This document shows positions 26,071-40,128 of a DNA stretch of 64,000 nucleotides, one piece after another (positions within the stretch are counted from its first letter, which is position 1; every line of letters begins with the position of its first letter). Position numbers and translations under genes: made by a program. The notes beneath the pieces were generated by a model. That model saw only the letters and a program-made list of their open reading frames with translations. It ran no database searches and was not told the origin of the DNA. Source of the stretch: Vicugna vicugna (taxonomy: Eukaryota); NCBI GenBank assembly GCA_013265495.1, contig MU058198.1:3236419-3300418 (forward strand). The letters are read 5' to 3'.

Positions 26071-28804
26071 CTACGAAAAGACCAGAATAGAGGGTATTTA
26101 TTTTCAAACTCCCTTGCTACTTCAATTAAGAATGGACAAAATACATGAAAAAGTAGTTCACAAAATAAGAAAATGGCCCATAGGCACATTATGGTAACTA
26201 TTATTAGTATTCAAATAAATGCAAATTGAAACAAGAAAGTGCCATTTTCCCCCTAACAATTCGAAAAACTTCTGAAAAGGTGTAACAGCTATTGCTGGGA
26301 AGGGTGCAAAGAAAAAAGTCTGTCTAAATTTATATTCTTTCTGGAAGGCAATTTAGCAATATGCATCCACAGTCTTAAATACGTTCACATCCTTTGACAT
26401 GGTATTTCCTTTTTCTAGAAATTTGTCTAAGGAAATAATCAGAGGGACACAGAGATTTTAATGCATTATAATGAATTATAATAACAAAATAATACCAAAA
26501 CCTGGAAGGAACCTAAATCTTCCATAATAAGAAATAAAATATAAATTATGGGTCCCTCATAATGGCATGTGGAATATTGTGCAGCCCCTAAAAAATAATG
26601 TTTTTGAAAAGTACTAATTACATAGCAAAATATTTACAACTTAATATTACGTGAAACAAATTAAAAAAGCATATAAACACTAAAACATACATAAATGTAT
26701 ATTTACCTATCAAATATGCATACATACAAAAGGTATATTATAAGTACAAATTATTACAAATACATAGAAAAACACCTAATAAATACTAAAAAAAATTACT
26801 AGGACATAGGAATAAGGATCATTCTGTTTTCTTCCCTGTATTTTTCTGAATTTTCCAAATGTTCTAAGACACATATAAATGATGTTTACAATTGGAAAAA
26901 TAAATGCTATTTTTAAAAAAGAATTAAGAGAGTAATAAGTAACTGCATGTCATTTCAGCAGTGTCTCTGACGCGTCAGACGCTGTATGAGATGTTGAGAC
27001 ACAAGGACGAGGAAGTTCACGTGCAGCCCCTGAGTTCACAATGTACTGGGACAGAAAGATTATGACCCAGTCTAAGAGGATGGCTCAAGGGTTATAGGAG
27101 CAGAGGTGAGGGAGCCATTCATTTTCCCTACGAGAGGTGAGGAGCCGGCAGGGAGAGCGATGAAAGGAGGTGACACTTGAGTCAGACCTTGAGGGACGAG
27201 TGGAGGCCTACTCTACTGTAAAGAAAAGGAGAGGAAGGAGAGCTCAGGCAGGGATCTCGGGCATGAAAGACGATGGTGCGTTAACAGTCTGGAGCAGGCA
27301 GAGCTGCAAATCACATGCAGGCAGTGGCTGGAGAAGCAGCTGAAAACACGGGCTGCACACAGCCCTGTGGTGAAAGGCTGCCTTGTGAGTGCGCTTCGGG
27401 TTTATCCGGGAGAAGACGGGGACTCGCTAGAGGTTGAAACGGGGGTAGGGGCATGAAGGACAGGGAAATGCCACGAGCCGATCTCTGCTTTAGCAGAGCC
27501 CCCTGGTCACAGGCAGGGGATAAACCAGAAGCGGGGAAGGGCCCTGGAGGCAAGGAGGCCGGTGGCCGGCTGTTGCAATGGTCTAGCAGTAAAAGGACTG
27601 GAAAGCCTGACTACAGCGCTGGCAGCGGGAGAGAAAGAACAGGCAACTGGAGAGAAATATGGGGGCCTGGGGAGGAGGGAGCAGTTAAGGACTGTGGAGG
27701 TTCCCAGCTAGATATCTGCATGGAAAATGACCCATTAACCAGCAGAGCAAAGGGAGAGTGGCTTTAGACAGAAATAATGAATTCCATTTCTGAAGAGCCT
27801 GGGGCAGTCCAGCTGGATGCATCTGGAGTCCAGTTAGTTCTGAATATCAGGTGAGTTGGGAGGAGAAAACCAAGATGTAACTTTCAGCTAACTAACAACA
27901 GTTTGCTACTATTCAAATCAGAGATGCAATTTCAGTCCACTCCCTCTCATGCACAGGGGCCAGGAATTCAGTGAGATTTGCTACTTACATGGATGAAGCC
28001 TGGATCAACTGAACGTGTCAAGTGCCCTGAGGGGCTCGGAAATGGAATGGGAAGGGGAGGGCTCTACCTGTTGTTACAACTTAAAGATAAGGACACCTCA
28101 TACAGAAGAACAGATAGACTGTGGAGTGAAAAAAGCCACATGCAAAGCAGTGTTCACAAGATGCTAACTTTGTGAGGGGAAAAAAAGGCAGGGAACACGC
28201 ATGTGTGCGCATCTGGAAGGACAGGCACAAAGCTGATGACAGGGTGTGTGTGCAGAAGGAAATCAGGGGACTGGGAGGGTCAGAGCTGCGAGAAGGACTC
28301 CTCACTGTTCAATCCTATTTACTCATTCCTTCCCACAGGAATTTATAACTTTTTAAAAAAGTTTTTAAAAATAGCAAAAGGGATAACATTTATTTTGCTC
28401 TACGGTTGAAAGAGTTTATCGAAGACATCATCTCATGTCATCCCTATAACCAGATATCAACATTTGTGTCACTATTTTCCATGCACGCTCTGCCACCTGG
28501 GAGAGCAAAGCAACTCGCCAAGGTCCCATGGTGTGTAAGGCCCTCCTGTCCAAGTTTCACATTCTCGTTTCCTCCATTTCCTCTGCCTTTCTAATTGAGG
28601 CTTCTCCTGAATTCACTCTTGTGACTAAAGAGGCGTCAGTCAAGCAGCGGGTAGAAATTAAAGAGGGTGGGAATACTCAGAGTAGTCTCAGATCTTCCCC
28701 AGCCCGTGCCTGAATGTTTCCACACCTAGTTATTTACTATCCCTTCTGATCGTGAGTGGCAGAGCTGTCTCATTTGTTTCTCCAAACCTCAAGTTCCTGC
28801 TTCA

Positions 28805-28957
<153 letters not shown>

Positions 28958-29244
28958 CTAAAAGAGAAATGAGGGCTAAGCACTAAGGAAGTGGCAGTTC
29001 CATCTTCTCTACCTGCCGCCAGTGACTCAAAACGTAAGTGTCATGGCACGCTCCCGCCTTTAGGGACCCTCTGTACCCCATACAGCACCGATCACACGGC
29101 TAAGCCGTTCAGCAGTGCTGAAGAGAGATGAAGATGCTGAAAGAACCACACAGAAGAGTCGTTTGAGTGCTTGGCCGAATTTTGAGGTAAGAGGGCCTCC
29201 TACTAGGAAAGTGAACATCTCCCGAAAGCAAGAGTCAACACTTA

Positions 29245-29508
<264 letters not shown>

Positions 29509-31029
29509 TCACTACCAACCACGCAGTTTTCTGAGCCTGTGGAAAGTAAGGGGTGGTGGGCAGGGAGGTGGGTGGGGAGCCGGTGGGAAGGGCTTCTGCC
29601 AGGACCCTGTTTTCCCCAGAATGATGGTGAGGGCCGCTTGGTTTAACTAGGAATGAGCCATCAACCGGACCCAACATCCACTGTTTTCCACCACTGAGTT
29701 AAACTGTAACTCCTTTTTCGAGGAAGGAGGATGACGGACTCTGACACTGGTGGATGCCAGCTCTGTGCCAGGTGCTCTGCATACATTATGCCACTCAACA
29801 TCCATGGCAATCATTGGCAGCTACTTCTTACAGCTAAGGAAACTAAGGCTCAGAGAGGTTAAGTAACCTGCCCAAGATTCCACAGAGCTGAAACCAAAGC
29901 CTTATGTGTGTCTGGACCCATGCCTGCTTGCCATGTCCTTCTCAAAATGCAAACCATGAGCATCAGCTAGAATGCAGTTAAAATGCAGGTGGTCCCTAGG
30001 CCACCTGCCAGAGATTCTTACTAAGTCTCAGTAAGAGATCAAGTGAGATCAAGGAACTCACGTTTTTTTAACAGACATCCCAATTGTAGAATAAAATCTC
30101 AAAATCTTTGCAGACCATGATGTGTTATCTGGAAATGGGAGGGTTAACTGCATAATTCTTTAGCCCTTGAAAGCGCAATTCACTGGAGAACGACCAAAGA
30201 AGTCCAGAGCCTCCCCCTCCAGCCGTGTGCTGAATGGGATCTTAACATCTCAAAGACACACTTCAGGAACCTGTTCATCCAACTCTGCCAAAAAATAACA
30301 ATTTGCCTCCAGCACTGACTGTGGCTAAAGTTCTAAGACTATGAAAACAAAGGCAGGATGCACAAAGACTTCTTCAAAGCACAGAGACTTCAGTGGCTTT
30401 TAATATCTGGTCCCCTGCCTGCTGAACCAGACTCACTCTCCAGGCCTGGCTGGTTCCCTATGTACCTCTTTTTCCCTCTCCACAGCCCCTCCCAATTTAG
30501 TTCATTCTTGTACCCATTTTAAAAGCATCATTTCCAATGGTTGCCTCTGGGAGTGTGAGGGCCAAATTTCACTGTGAGGGGGATGGTAACATTCTGTATC
30601 TTTTTTTTTAAGTGAAATCATTTTATTAAAAACTAATGTATACAAATGATAGAAAATATAAAGTGTACATATTGGTGTGTCATCCTGTGGTGACATTCTA
30701 TATCTTGATGCGGGGTTCAGTTATATACTAGCTGTGTATGCCTGTCAAAACCCATCAAACTGGTCAGATAAGGTCCATGCATTTCACTGTCTGTAAATAG
30801 TATCTAGTTTAAAAAACAAAAAAGCTATAAACATAGACTGAACTGTGTAACGTTTATGGTTCTAACTGAAATGTGTAGGGATGAAGTGTGCTGATGTCTG
30901 CAACTTTGAAATACATCAAAAAATAAAATACATGGATGGATTTGTGATAAAGCAAGAACAGCACACTGTAAATTGTAGACTCGAGGTAGTGGGTATATGG
31001 ACGTTCACTACAAATCCTCTCTACGTTGC

Positions 31030-31485
31030 TGTACGGTCGGCACCTCCATCCACGGTTGCTCAGCTCAAGACTCTGCCATCATTCTTGATTTTCTCCCCCT
31101 CTCATCCCTCATTCCAATGCATCAGCAAATCCTCCCCTTTCTTCCTCCTAAAAAACATCCTAAATCTACCCATTTCTCACCATCTCCATAGCCATAACCC
31201 CAGATGAAGCCACCCTCATCTCTCTTCTGGACCACAGCAACTGTCTCCTTAATGGGGTCATAAATCAAACTTATCTCATTCCCCTGCTTGAAAATCCTCC
31301 AGTACCTTTCCATTACGCTCAGTTTAAATCCAATCCAAATTCTTTAACGTGACATTAAAATCCCTGCATGACCTGGCCCCTGCGCACCTCTCCAACCTAA
31401 GAAAAGAATCTTGTGCAAAAACGTATCTCTAGAACCTGTAAGATAAATTGCACCCAATTAATATTTGCTGACTGAATGAATGAAC
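31030..31485 (+). mobile_element. L2 3' fragment
   Basis: CTGCTTGAAAATCCTCCAGT...CCCTGCATGACCTGGCCCCTGC...AATATTTGCTGACTGAATGAATGAA terminal repeat. Confidence 0.65.
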
Positions 31486-33149
31486 AAATCAATCCTCCTA
31501 TTAGGGGCCCTCAACAACTCCTGCTTAAATCACTGCAGTTAACTGCAGACTTGGGCCCTTGTCTCATCTTCCATAAAATAAAGCTTTAACCCTCCAAAGG
31601 CTTCTTACTGCCCATGGGATGAAATCCAAACCCTTAGGATGGCCAAAAAGGCCTTTCACACAGTTTGATCCTAATCGACTTTTCTGCCTTATCTCCAGCA
31701 GAAGTTTACCCCATTAAAGTGTGATCCTCCTACAATAATAATACTTATGACGTATTTATTGATGTTATTGATGAAGCTCTGTTTGAACTTCCCACCTTTC
31801 TCTGGACGGGCTAGGCCTTTATATACCCATATGCCTCTGTGCATGGTTCCCTCTCCTTTCAATACAGTAAAGCATAATGGGTAAGAGCCTGGGCTCTGGA
31901 ACCAGTTGCCTGGGTTCAAACTCCAGGCTCCCATTCATTACCAGCAACGCAATGCTGGGCAAGTTACTTCCCTCTGCTGCAGTTTCTACAACTAAAAAGT
32001 GGGAAGAATAAGGATTATTGTCATGTTTAAATTAGATAATCATGACAAAAGTGGGGTGGGGGTGGGGGGCACTATTAACAGCTTGGCCAGGACACTTCTT
32101 CACTGTGCAGAACTGTCCCAAGCATTAAGCATCACTAGGGGTCCTTCCACTTAATATCCATCATAGTGAAATTCCCCACCATTGCAACAACTTAAAAAAC
32201 TCCCATCAACTTCAAAATGGTGGGGGGGCGCTGCAGCATTATCACCCCTGGTTGATAACATAACTACTTAGTTAATACACATAAAGCACTTAAAAAAGTA
32301 CCTGACACATACCAAGGACTCAAATATCTGCTATCATATTACTATTAATGCCCTTCCCATCTTTGTCTTGTGAAGTCTTCCTTCAAGGCCTAACACAGGA
32401 AAAGCCTTCATCTAGTGATTCTCCGAGACAAGAGGTAACTGCATCCTTCATCCAGCTCTCACAGCTCCTGGTTCTCTTCTCAGTAAAGCCACCCCGCTTT
32501 GTAAGTTGTAAGTTAACTGTTTACACATCTTCCCCACAAGGCAGCAAGCTCCAGAATGGTAAACTTTCCACCCTCCGTGCTCATTTCTTGACACATGCAG
32601 AGTAGACGTTCACAAATTAGTAAAAGATGCAAACAAAGTACAATGAAGAATCTACAGTGGAATAAAGCGTCCCTCCGCTCCACCTTTCCTTAAACACTGA
32701 ACACATCTACAAATTTCTATTCACTGGACCATAAGCTCCCAGTGTGAGCTGTCTGAGCCATCTTTCCCACAGAGCCTAGCAGAGAGATGCGCTGCAGTAG
32801 GTACCGAATGAACATGCAGTGAATTAAAACCAAGTCAGTCCACGAGTCATAGAAATTGTTGCTGGTGTGTGTTATTTATTATAATTAACTATTCTGGTTA
32901 GTTATATCGATACTTAAGTCTTCAGTCAGGCCAACCCACTTCCTCGCTGACATGAAGATCCACCAAAACAAGCTTCCCAGATTTCTGTCATTTCTATATA
33001 CCTTTAATATGCTTTTGCCAAATGTAAGGATCAGTTGACTATTATTTAATATTCTTTACATTCACCCTTTCAAGTTTTAAAAGGACGCTTGGTAGCACCG
33101 CCAGAGGTGGAAAACCAAGACCCCTAGTCAGCAAAGTGTTCCAGACAGA

Positions 33150-33790
<641 letters not shown>

Positions 33791-34669
33791 CTAACTTAAG
33801 TGCTTGTTGAGCCTGAGATATGTGCCTACTCTAAAGCCCTTACGTGTATTAGGGCACTTAGTCCTCACTGTCCTATGACTAGTTATTCTTCCCAACTTAC
33901 AGAGGAAGAGCTGAGGCAGTTAAGCAACTGGTTCAAAGTCACAGAGCTGGAAAGTGGCACTGTGCGGATTTGAACTCAAGCAAAGCCTGAACTCTTAACG
34001 ATACTTTTCTGCTCTCCCAAAGGGGACAGATGAATCAATGTGATCTGGCCGCTGTCCACCACTCTTCCGGTTCCTCCCATCGCTCTAGCTGGTTTGGCCT
34101 CCTGTCTTTTCTTGAAACACAGCACGCTGGAACTCACCAGTCTGCACTCATTGTTTCCTCTAACCTGAAACAATTTGCCACTTCAGAAAAGAGACTATCT
34201 GGGAGGGCCTCCTTTGTCATGGGAACCAAATTTTTCAAAAACAAAAAGATTCTTTGTGTACAGTTGTGAATAATTTTGCCATTTATCATTCTTAACCCAG
34301 GCATACTCTGATTCAGTGCATACAGTAATTCTTGAAGACTCTATATATCTAAGAAGCTAAATCCCCAAGTTAGAAAAACTGGTACACTCGCCTTTGTAAG
34401 AGCAAACTGATTACGTTCCATGGCATGCTCAAAAGCCTTAGGAGCCTCTACAATATGCCCTTCCCCTCCGTGTTGAGCTGACGCCTTTTAAAGACAGCTT
34501 GATTGGTTAATAATTTACAGGACATAAAATTTACTCACTGTAAATATACAATTCAGTGGTTTTTAGTAAATTTAGAAAGTTGTTCTATCTCCACATGAAC
34601 ATTCCCATCAGCCAAAAATTTCCTTCCTGCCCATTTACACTTAATCTCTGCTCTCACCCCCTGCCCTAG

Positions 34670-35225
34670 TGAAACAGAGCAGGACCCAGTGGGACCCTCC
34701 CAAGTACAAAAGCCTTTCCATGTCCACTTCTCATTTGTAGGAAAAAAAGTTTCAACCTCTTAGACTTTCCCTGAGTTTTAAAAGGCAGATTCAAACAGTT
34801 ACTGATTAGAGGAGTGAGGGGATGCAGAAACAAAGGAAAGGTAGCCAAGAAATGATAGCGCAGGGCAGTCAAGAAATAGGTGCAGGGTCCCTGTTCCTCC
34901 CCAAGGACATACGTAACAATCTGATACAAATCTCTGAGTTCTACAGCAACTAAGGCCCCCACCCAGGTGGAGGAGGGTAACTTTAGCACATGGACCACAG
35001 ACTAGTTAGAACCAGAAGGCTCATGATTGAGATTTCTGGACCACCACCCTACTACCTCACCACCTCACCAATCAAGAGGAGAGTCACATACTCCACATCT
35101 GGACCTCTCCCCAAATTTTGCCTATAAAAAATTCTTCCCTGGAGAGTTGGAGAGTTCAAGTGTTTTAAGTCTTATACGGCCCTTGCAATAAACCTTTCTC
35201 TGCTCCAAACTCCAATGTTTCAGGG
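34670..35225 (+). mobile_element. Endogenous retrovirus LTR (solo, apparently 3'-clipped) inserted into an antisense L1
   Basis: TG start (TGAAACAGAGCAGGACCC); TATA-like CCTATAAAAA at about 35121; AATAAA at about 35187; L1-like flanks. Confidence 0.65.
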
Positions 35226-35940
35226 TTTCTGGATTCTTGAGTCTGTTCCATCATCTATACACCTATTCTTCTACCAGTACCAAACTGTCTTGATTCTGTA
35301 GTTTATAGTAGTTTTGGAATCTGGTAGTGTAAGTTCTCCCATTTTGTTCTTTTAAAAAATTGGTTTGCTACACCAGACCCTTTCCATTTCCATCTTACAA
35401 TCAACTTATCAATTTTTACCCCAAAAGCTGCTGAAATAGGGATTATATTGAATTCATAGATCAATTTGAGAATCAGCATCATGACAATATTGAGTCTTCC
35501 AATCCATGAACATGAAATGCCTCTCCATTTATTTAGAGCAGGATTTTCAACCTTGGTGCTATTGACATTTGGAGCCAGGTAAGTTTTTGCTGTGGGGGCT
35601 GTCCTATGCATTGTACAAATGTTTAGCTCCATCCTCCACTCATTAGATGCCAGTAGCATTCCCTCCCCCAAACTGTGACAACCAAAAATGTTTCCACACT
35701 GCCAACTGTCCCATAGTGGGAACACTCAGCCCTGGTTGAGAACCTCCAATTTAGATCTTCTTTAACTTTTGTCAGCAATATCATGTAGTTGTACATTACA
35801 AATGTTTTGCACTTGTCAAATTTATTCCAACGTATTGTATTCATTTTAATGTTATTGTGAATGGAATTTTCTTAATTTGATTTTCGTATTGTTTCTTGTG
35901 ATACATGCTTTATTTTTGTATATTTATCTTGTACCTTTCC
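35226..35940 (-). mobile_element. L1 ORF2 fragment interrupted by MER20 (about 35537-35745)
   Basis: ORF2-like SWIGRLNIV.M / KLIY.FN.IPI remnants; MER20 CAGGATTTTCAACCTTGG...GGTTGAGAACC. Confidence 0.7.
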
Positions 35941-36649
35941 TTACTGGGCCATAACCAAAAGTCCTGCCTCTGAGCCCACTTTTTTTTTTGTGATATGCCA
36001 ACTGTGACCCTCAATGGGCCTAATGGGTGTCCAAGTCACCCAGACTGGCTTCACATGGGATAGATCTGCTTCCTACCACGCCTGCCCATGAGGAACTCTC
36101 TTACGGACATGGCCGCTGGAAGTGGAAGGAGAGGACATTGAAAGATCTGGGACTGTCACACCAGCCCTAGTCTCACTGCCTCTCGGGTTCTTAAATTTGG
36201 TTAATACATTCCCCTGCTACCCCATGTTTAGGGAGGTGTCCCAGCATATCACAGCATGGTACAAACAGCCACTGTCAGACGTATAATATTGTTGTCTAGT
36301 ATGTGTGTCTGTCCTGTGAGCAGAGCACAGGAGCTCAGCAGAAGGAAACAGCTGAAAAATAACAGGGAAATGCCCAGTGACCAGAATCAAGTTGCAGCAG
36401 CATTGTCTGGATCACTGGAACAAAGCATGTTTGCTAGAAGAAACAGGGTCTTTCTCGGCAGAGCCAGGATGTGTGGAAGCCCTCTCCATTTCTACTGGAC
36501 AAATTCACAGGTCAGGGAAGAATCCGAATTGGCTAGAGCATAGGACCCATTCACCCATAGATTCCTTATGTATTTACAGACTTTTACAGATTAAAACTTG
36601 CTTTCGCTTACACTTCCATGTTAACCCTCACAGCCTTTAGAGTTAAGGC

Positions 36650-36653
<4 letters not shown>

Positions 36654-36683
<30 letters not shown>
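36654..36683 (+). repeat. Poly(A)30 homopolymer
   Basis: Seen directly. Confidence 0.9.
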
Positions 36684-36685
<2 letters not shown>

Positions 36686-36984
36686 AAACAGGTTCTGATG
36701 AGGCCAAGACTGGATAAGGCTATACTGTGGAAAATTTGGAATGCTAGGGAAATTGGTTTTACTTAATCCAAAAAGGTAGGTAGAAATGATCAAAGAGTTG
36801 TCACTAGAGAAATAGTAGGGTCAGATCTGTACTTCGGGAAGATCTGGTAGAGTAGGGATGAAGATTAAGGATGAAGTGTTTGACAAAATACCAATATTTG
36901 GAAGTTTCAAGGGGGGAAAAAGAACCGGTGGAAAAATCAGAAGAGTATCAGAAAATCATGGGATGAGAAAGCATCAGGAGTGTG

Positions 36985-37760
36985 TGGCAGACACTGCTAG
37001 TTAGTTTCTGCTTTGTTTTCCCCTGCAGATCCACAGCCTCTCAAAATAAAGACATTTCCCAGTATTCTGTACAATTAAGTCTGTTCATGTGACTGTTCTG
37101 AGATGACTCACTGGGATGTGAGAACTTAAATGTGGGGGACTCCAAGGTGTTCTTAAAAAAATGGTGTATATCCTACAACTCTCCTCCTTTCCTGCTGATG
37201 GTATGTGGATATGATGACTGGAATTAAGACTGTCATCTGAACCATCGTCTTAGGCAGGAAGTCATTCATGGCAGAGCAACAAGATTAAAGGTATGTAGGT
37301 GCCTCGTACCATGGACTGCACACCAGTCCTAGTTTCACGACCTCTGGGGTTCTGAATTCAAGAATGTTATGCTTTGAATTGTCTCCCTCCTGTCCACCTC
37401 CCAGACCTTATCTGGTAATAACATCACTGCAGATGCAACTAGTTAGGATGAGATCATACTGACATAGGGTGAGCCCTTAATCCAGTATGATCAGGGTCCT
37501 TATAAGAAGATGGTCATGGGAAGACACACACTGGAGAACACCACATGACAACGAAGGCGGAGACTGGAGTTATGCAGCTGCAAGTCAAAGAATGCTGAAG
37601 ACTGCTGCATGACACTAGGATTCTCCTGCAGGCTTCAGAGTGAGCGTGGCCCTGACTGCAGGCTTCTAGCCGATAAACTTCTATTGCTTTAAGTCACCCA
37701 ACTTTGTTCAGAAGTCCCAGGAAGCTAAGACACCTAAATATCTTTTAAGCCACTTGTTAC
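36985..37760 (+). mobile_element. MaLR LTR relics (younger MLT1 at about 37367-37730 nested in an older MLT1)
   Basis: GATGAGATCATACTG..TAGGGTGAGCCCTTAATCCAGTATGA..GGGTCCTTATAAGAAGA is a typical MLT1 motif. Confidence 0.6.
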
Positions 37761-37774
37761 TTTGGGTTTTTCCT

Positions 37775-37927
37775 GTTTCTTTTTTTTTCTTTAGTTCTTT
37801 TGGGGGGGGGGGTAGGGAGAGGTAATTCAGTTTATTTATTTATTCTTGGAGGAGGTACTGGGGATTGAACCCAAGCCCTCATGCATGCTAAGCATGTGCT
37901 CTACCACTTGAACTATACCCTCCCCCC
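37775..37927 (-). mobile_element. Vic-1-like SINE
   Basis: Reverse complement reads GGGGAGGGTATAGTTCAAGTGGTAGAGCACATGCTTAGCATGCATGAGGGCTTGGGTTCAATCCCCAGTACCTCC plus an A-rich tail. Confidence 0.85.
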
Positions 37928-39302
37928 ACGTTTTCCCCATTTCTTGCAGCTGGTCCTAATCTTAATGAATATAGAGGGGATGGGCAGATTTTATTAAAGC
38001 AACCTTTTTTTGCTGCCTCTGCAAATATTAGTATCCTTAGCAAAATTTCATTGGTTTCCATGAGAGCAGGAGAGGTTCTGAAATGAACAAAGTGATGAAG
38101 CAGAAGTCACCACAACCGAGGTAGTAACGTGAAGAACTCTCAGAGGAGGTGATTCAAGGAGAAACAATAGCACCCTACTTATGGGGTCTGGTATTTTGTT
38201 GGTCTCATTAAATCATCACCAAAACCTAAGAAGTAGATTTTTAACATTTTTACCAGTTAAAATATAAAAAAAAACAAGGCCCAGAGTTGTTAAGTGACTT
38301 GCATGAGGTGGCGAAATAACTAGAAACTGAATCTGACCCCAAAACCCATACTGGTGTCACTCTATGTGCAGGGCTGCCAGGAACAAGGCAGGAGGGAGAG
38401 GGTGGCAGGGCAGACTCAAGCTGGCTGGGGCCCACAGGAAGGGAGCGGCTGGGGATACATGAAAACGGTCAGGAAGTCCATGGGCCAGTTTTAATACAAA
38501 GCACATTCAACATATAAAGGACCGACTGATACCATCTGTTATTAGGAGAGAGGAGGGCGGGGGCTATTCTTTTTTTCTAGTAAGAAGTTCATACTCATAG
38601 TGGCGTTATCTCCAAGCCATCTATGTTTTTAGTTTAAGAAAAGCAAAGTACAAAACAGTTTGTTTGAACATTCCTAAATTATCTTGAAGGACAGACGAGG
38701 AATTAATACTGTCTCCTAGAAGAGTAAAGGGGTTGGAGGGAAGAATTTCCACCTTTTGTATTTTAATTTTGAAAAACTAACATTGAGCATTAATTTTTTT
38801 TTCAGCTTAGAAATGTTAGAAAACTCAGATAAAATTTAAAGAAAACTCACCTGTAATTCTGTGACCCAAAGATTACCACTGTAATACATGAATATAAATA
38901 TCTGGGTTGTTTGGTTTTAAACTGGGGTCATTCGATAAATATAAAAGCAGTTTTTTCCTTCCCCAGATAGACTGCCACAGTGTCTTACGTACACAAATTG
39001 CTACAATGTCCAATCTCCCCTTCTTCTTTGGTAGCCAAGTGTGTGGCACTGTATGCAAATATAATTTCTTAGCCTTCTTTGTACCAGGTGTGGCCATGTT
39101 ACTAAAAAGCCAGTAAGATGTGAGTGCAAATATCACGTGTAACTTTCAGGAAATCTTAACATTTTCCTTTATTCCTTCCTCCCGGACTCCCTTCCTGTGG
39201 CCCAGAATGTCAGCAGCTAAAGCCATCATCTTGTGACATGTTGACGAGCACATCCCTGGGTTGGAGCTTCGGTCCCTAATGCCTCTGTGATGGATACACC
39301 AC

Positions 39303-39739
39303 TGTGGACAAAGAATGTTGACTGCCACTTCCATAAACAAAGGATGTTAGGGCCATCAAGCCACCAGTGACTGCACCCTCTGAGGGTGTAGCCTGAGGGA
39401 ATTCAGGATGGAAAAAAACAGGACACTTGGCACTAGATGGTTAAGATGTGTATCAAAGTATTAAAGGAACGATTTCAGTAAGCCCACATTCTTGCATCAT
39501 CCCATACAAAGCACTAAAATCATTAACTTGAGGTGTCTGCTTTTGTGATCAGTAGTAATCTTCTGATATTCAAATACATGGGTTTTTGGTTTTTTTCAGC
39601 AAAAACTTCTCTATCCTGGTCCCTCCCTGACCTTTCTGGAACAGTCCCTCAGAGCTATCTAAGGGCTATCGTCTTAGTAAGTCCACCAAACAAAACATAA
39701 TTCTCCGCTTTTAGGCTGTACGTTTTTTTTCAGTTGACA
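39303..39739 (+). mobile_element. Solo LTR, ERV1-class by TSD length
   Basis: TG...CA termini (TGTGGAC...GTTGACA) flanked by a 4-bp TSD CCAC at 39299-39302 and 39740-39743. Confidence 0.75.
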
Positions 39740-39767
39740 CCACAGATGGTTCTGGACTATTTCTGGC

Positions 39768-39924
39768 TTTTTTTTTTTAAATCAAAGCTATTTAGCTTTT
39801 TTTTTATTTTTTAAATTTTGGGGGGTAATTAGGCTTATTTATTTTTAACGGAGGTACTGGGGATTGAACCTGGGACCTCATGCATGCTAAACAGGCACTC
39901 TACCCCTGAGCTACACCCTCCACT
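39768..39924 (-). mobile_element. Vic-1-like SINE with target-site duplication TATTTCTGGC
   Basis: Same tRNA-like head; TSD at 39758-39767 and 39925-39934. Confidence 0.85.
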
Positions 39925-40018
39925 TATTTCTGGCCTTTTAAATGAGAAAAAAAAAAAACAAAAAACCACTATGTTTGGGCCGCTGCGCTGCTTTTCCTTG
40001 TTAAGCACGACGCTGACG

Positions 40019-40024
40019 TTTATT
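40019..40024 (-). terminator. Candidate distal GGA2 polyadenylation signal AATAAA
   Basis: AATAAA followed about 50 nt later by a GTGGTTTTTTGTTTTTTT U/GU-rich tract. Confidence 0.4.
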
Positions 40025-40128
40025 AGGAATTAACGAGATAAAAGTGTCTTTTCTACATCTAAGATGATCAGATGGTCCATTTGAGCTATTAATGCGACTA
40101 CTTCCCCAGAAAAGGCTTTGCACAGTTC

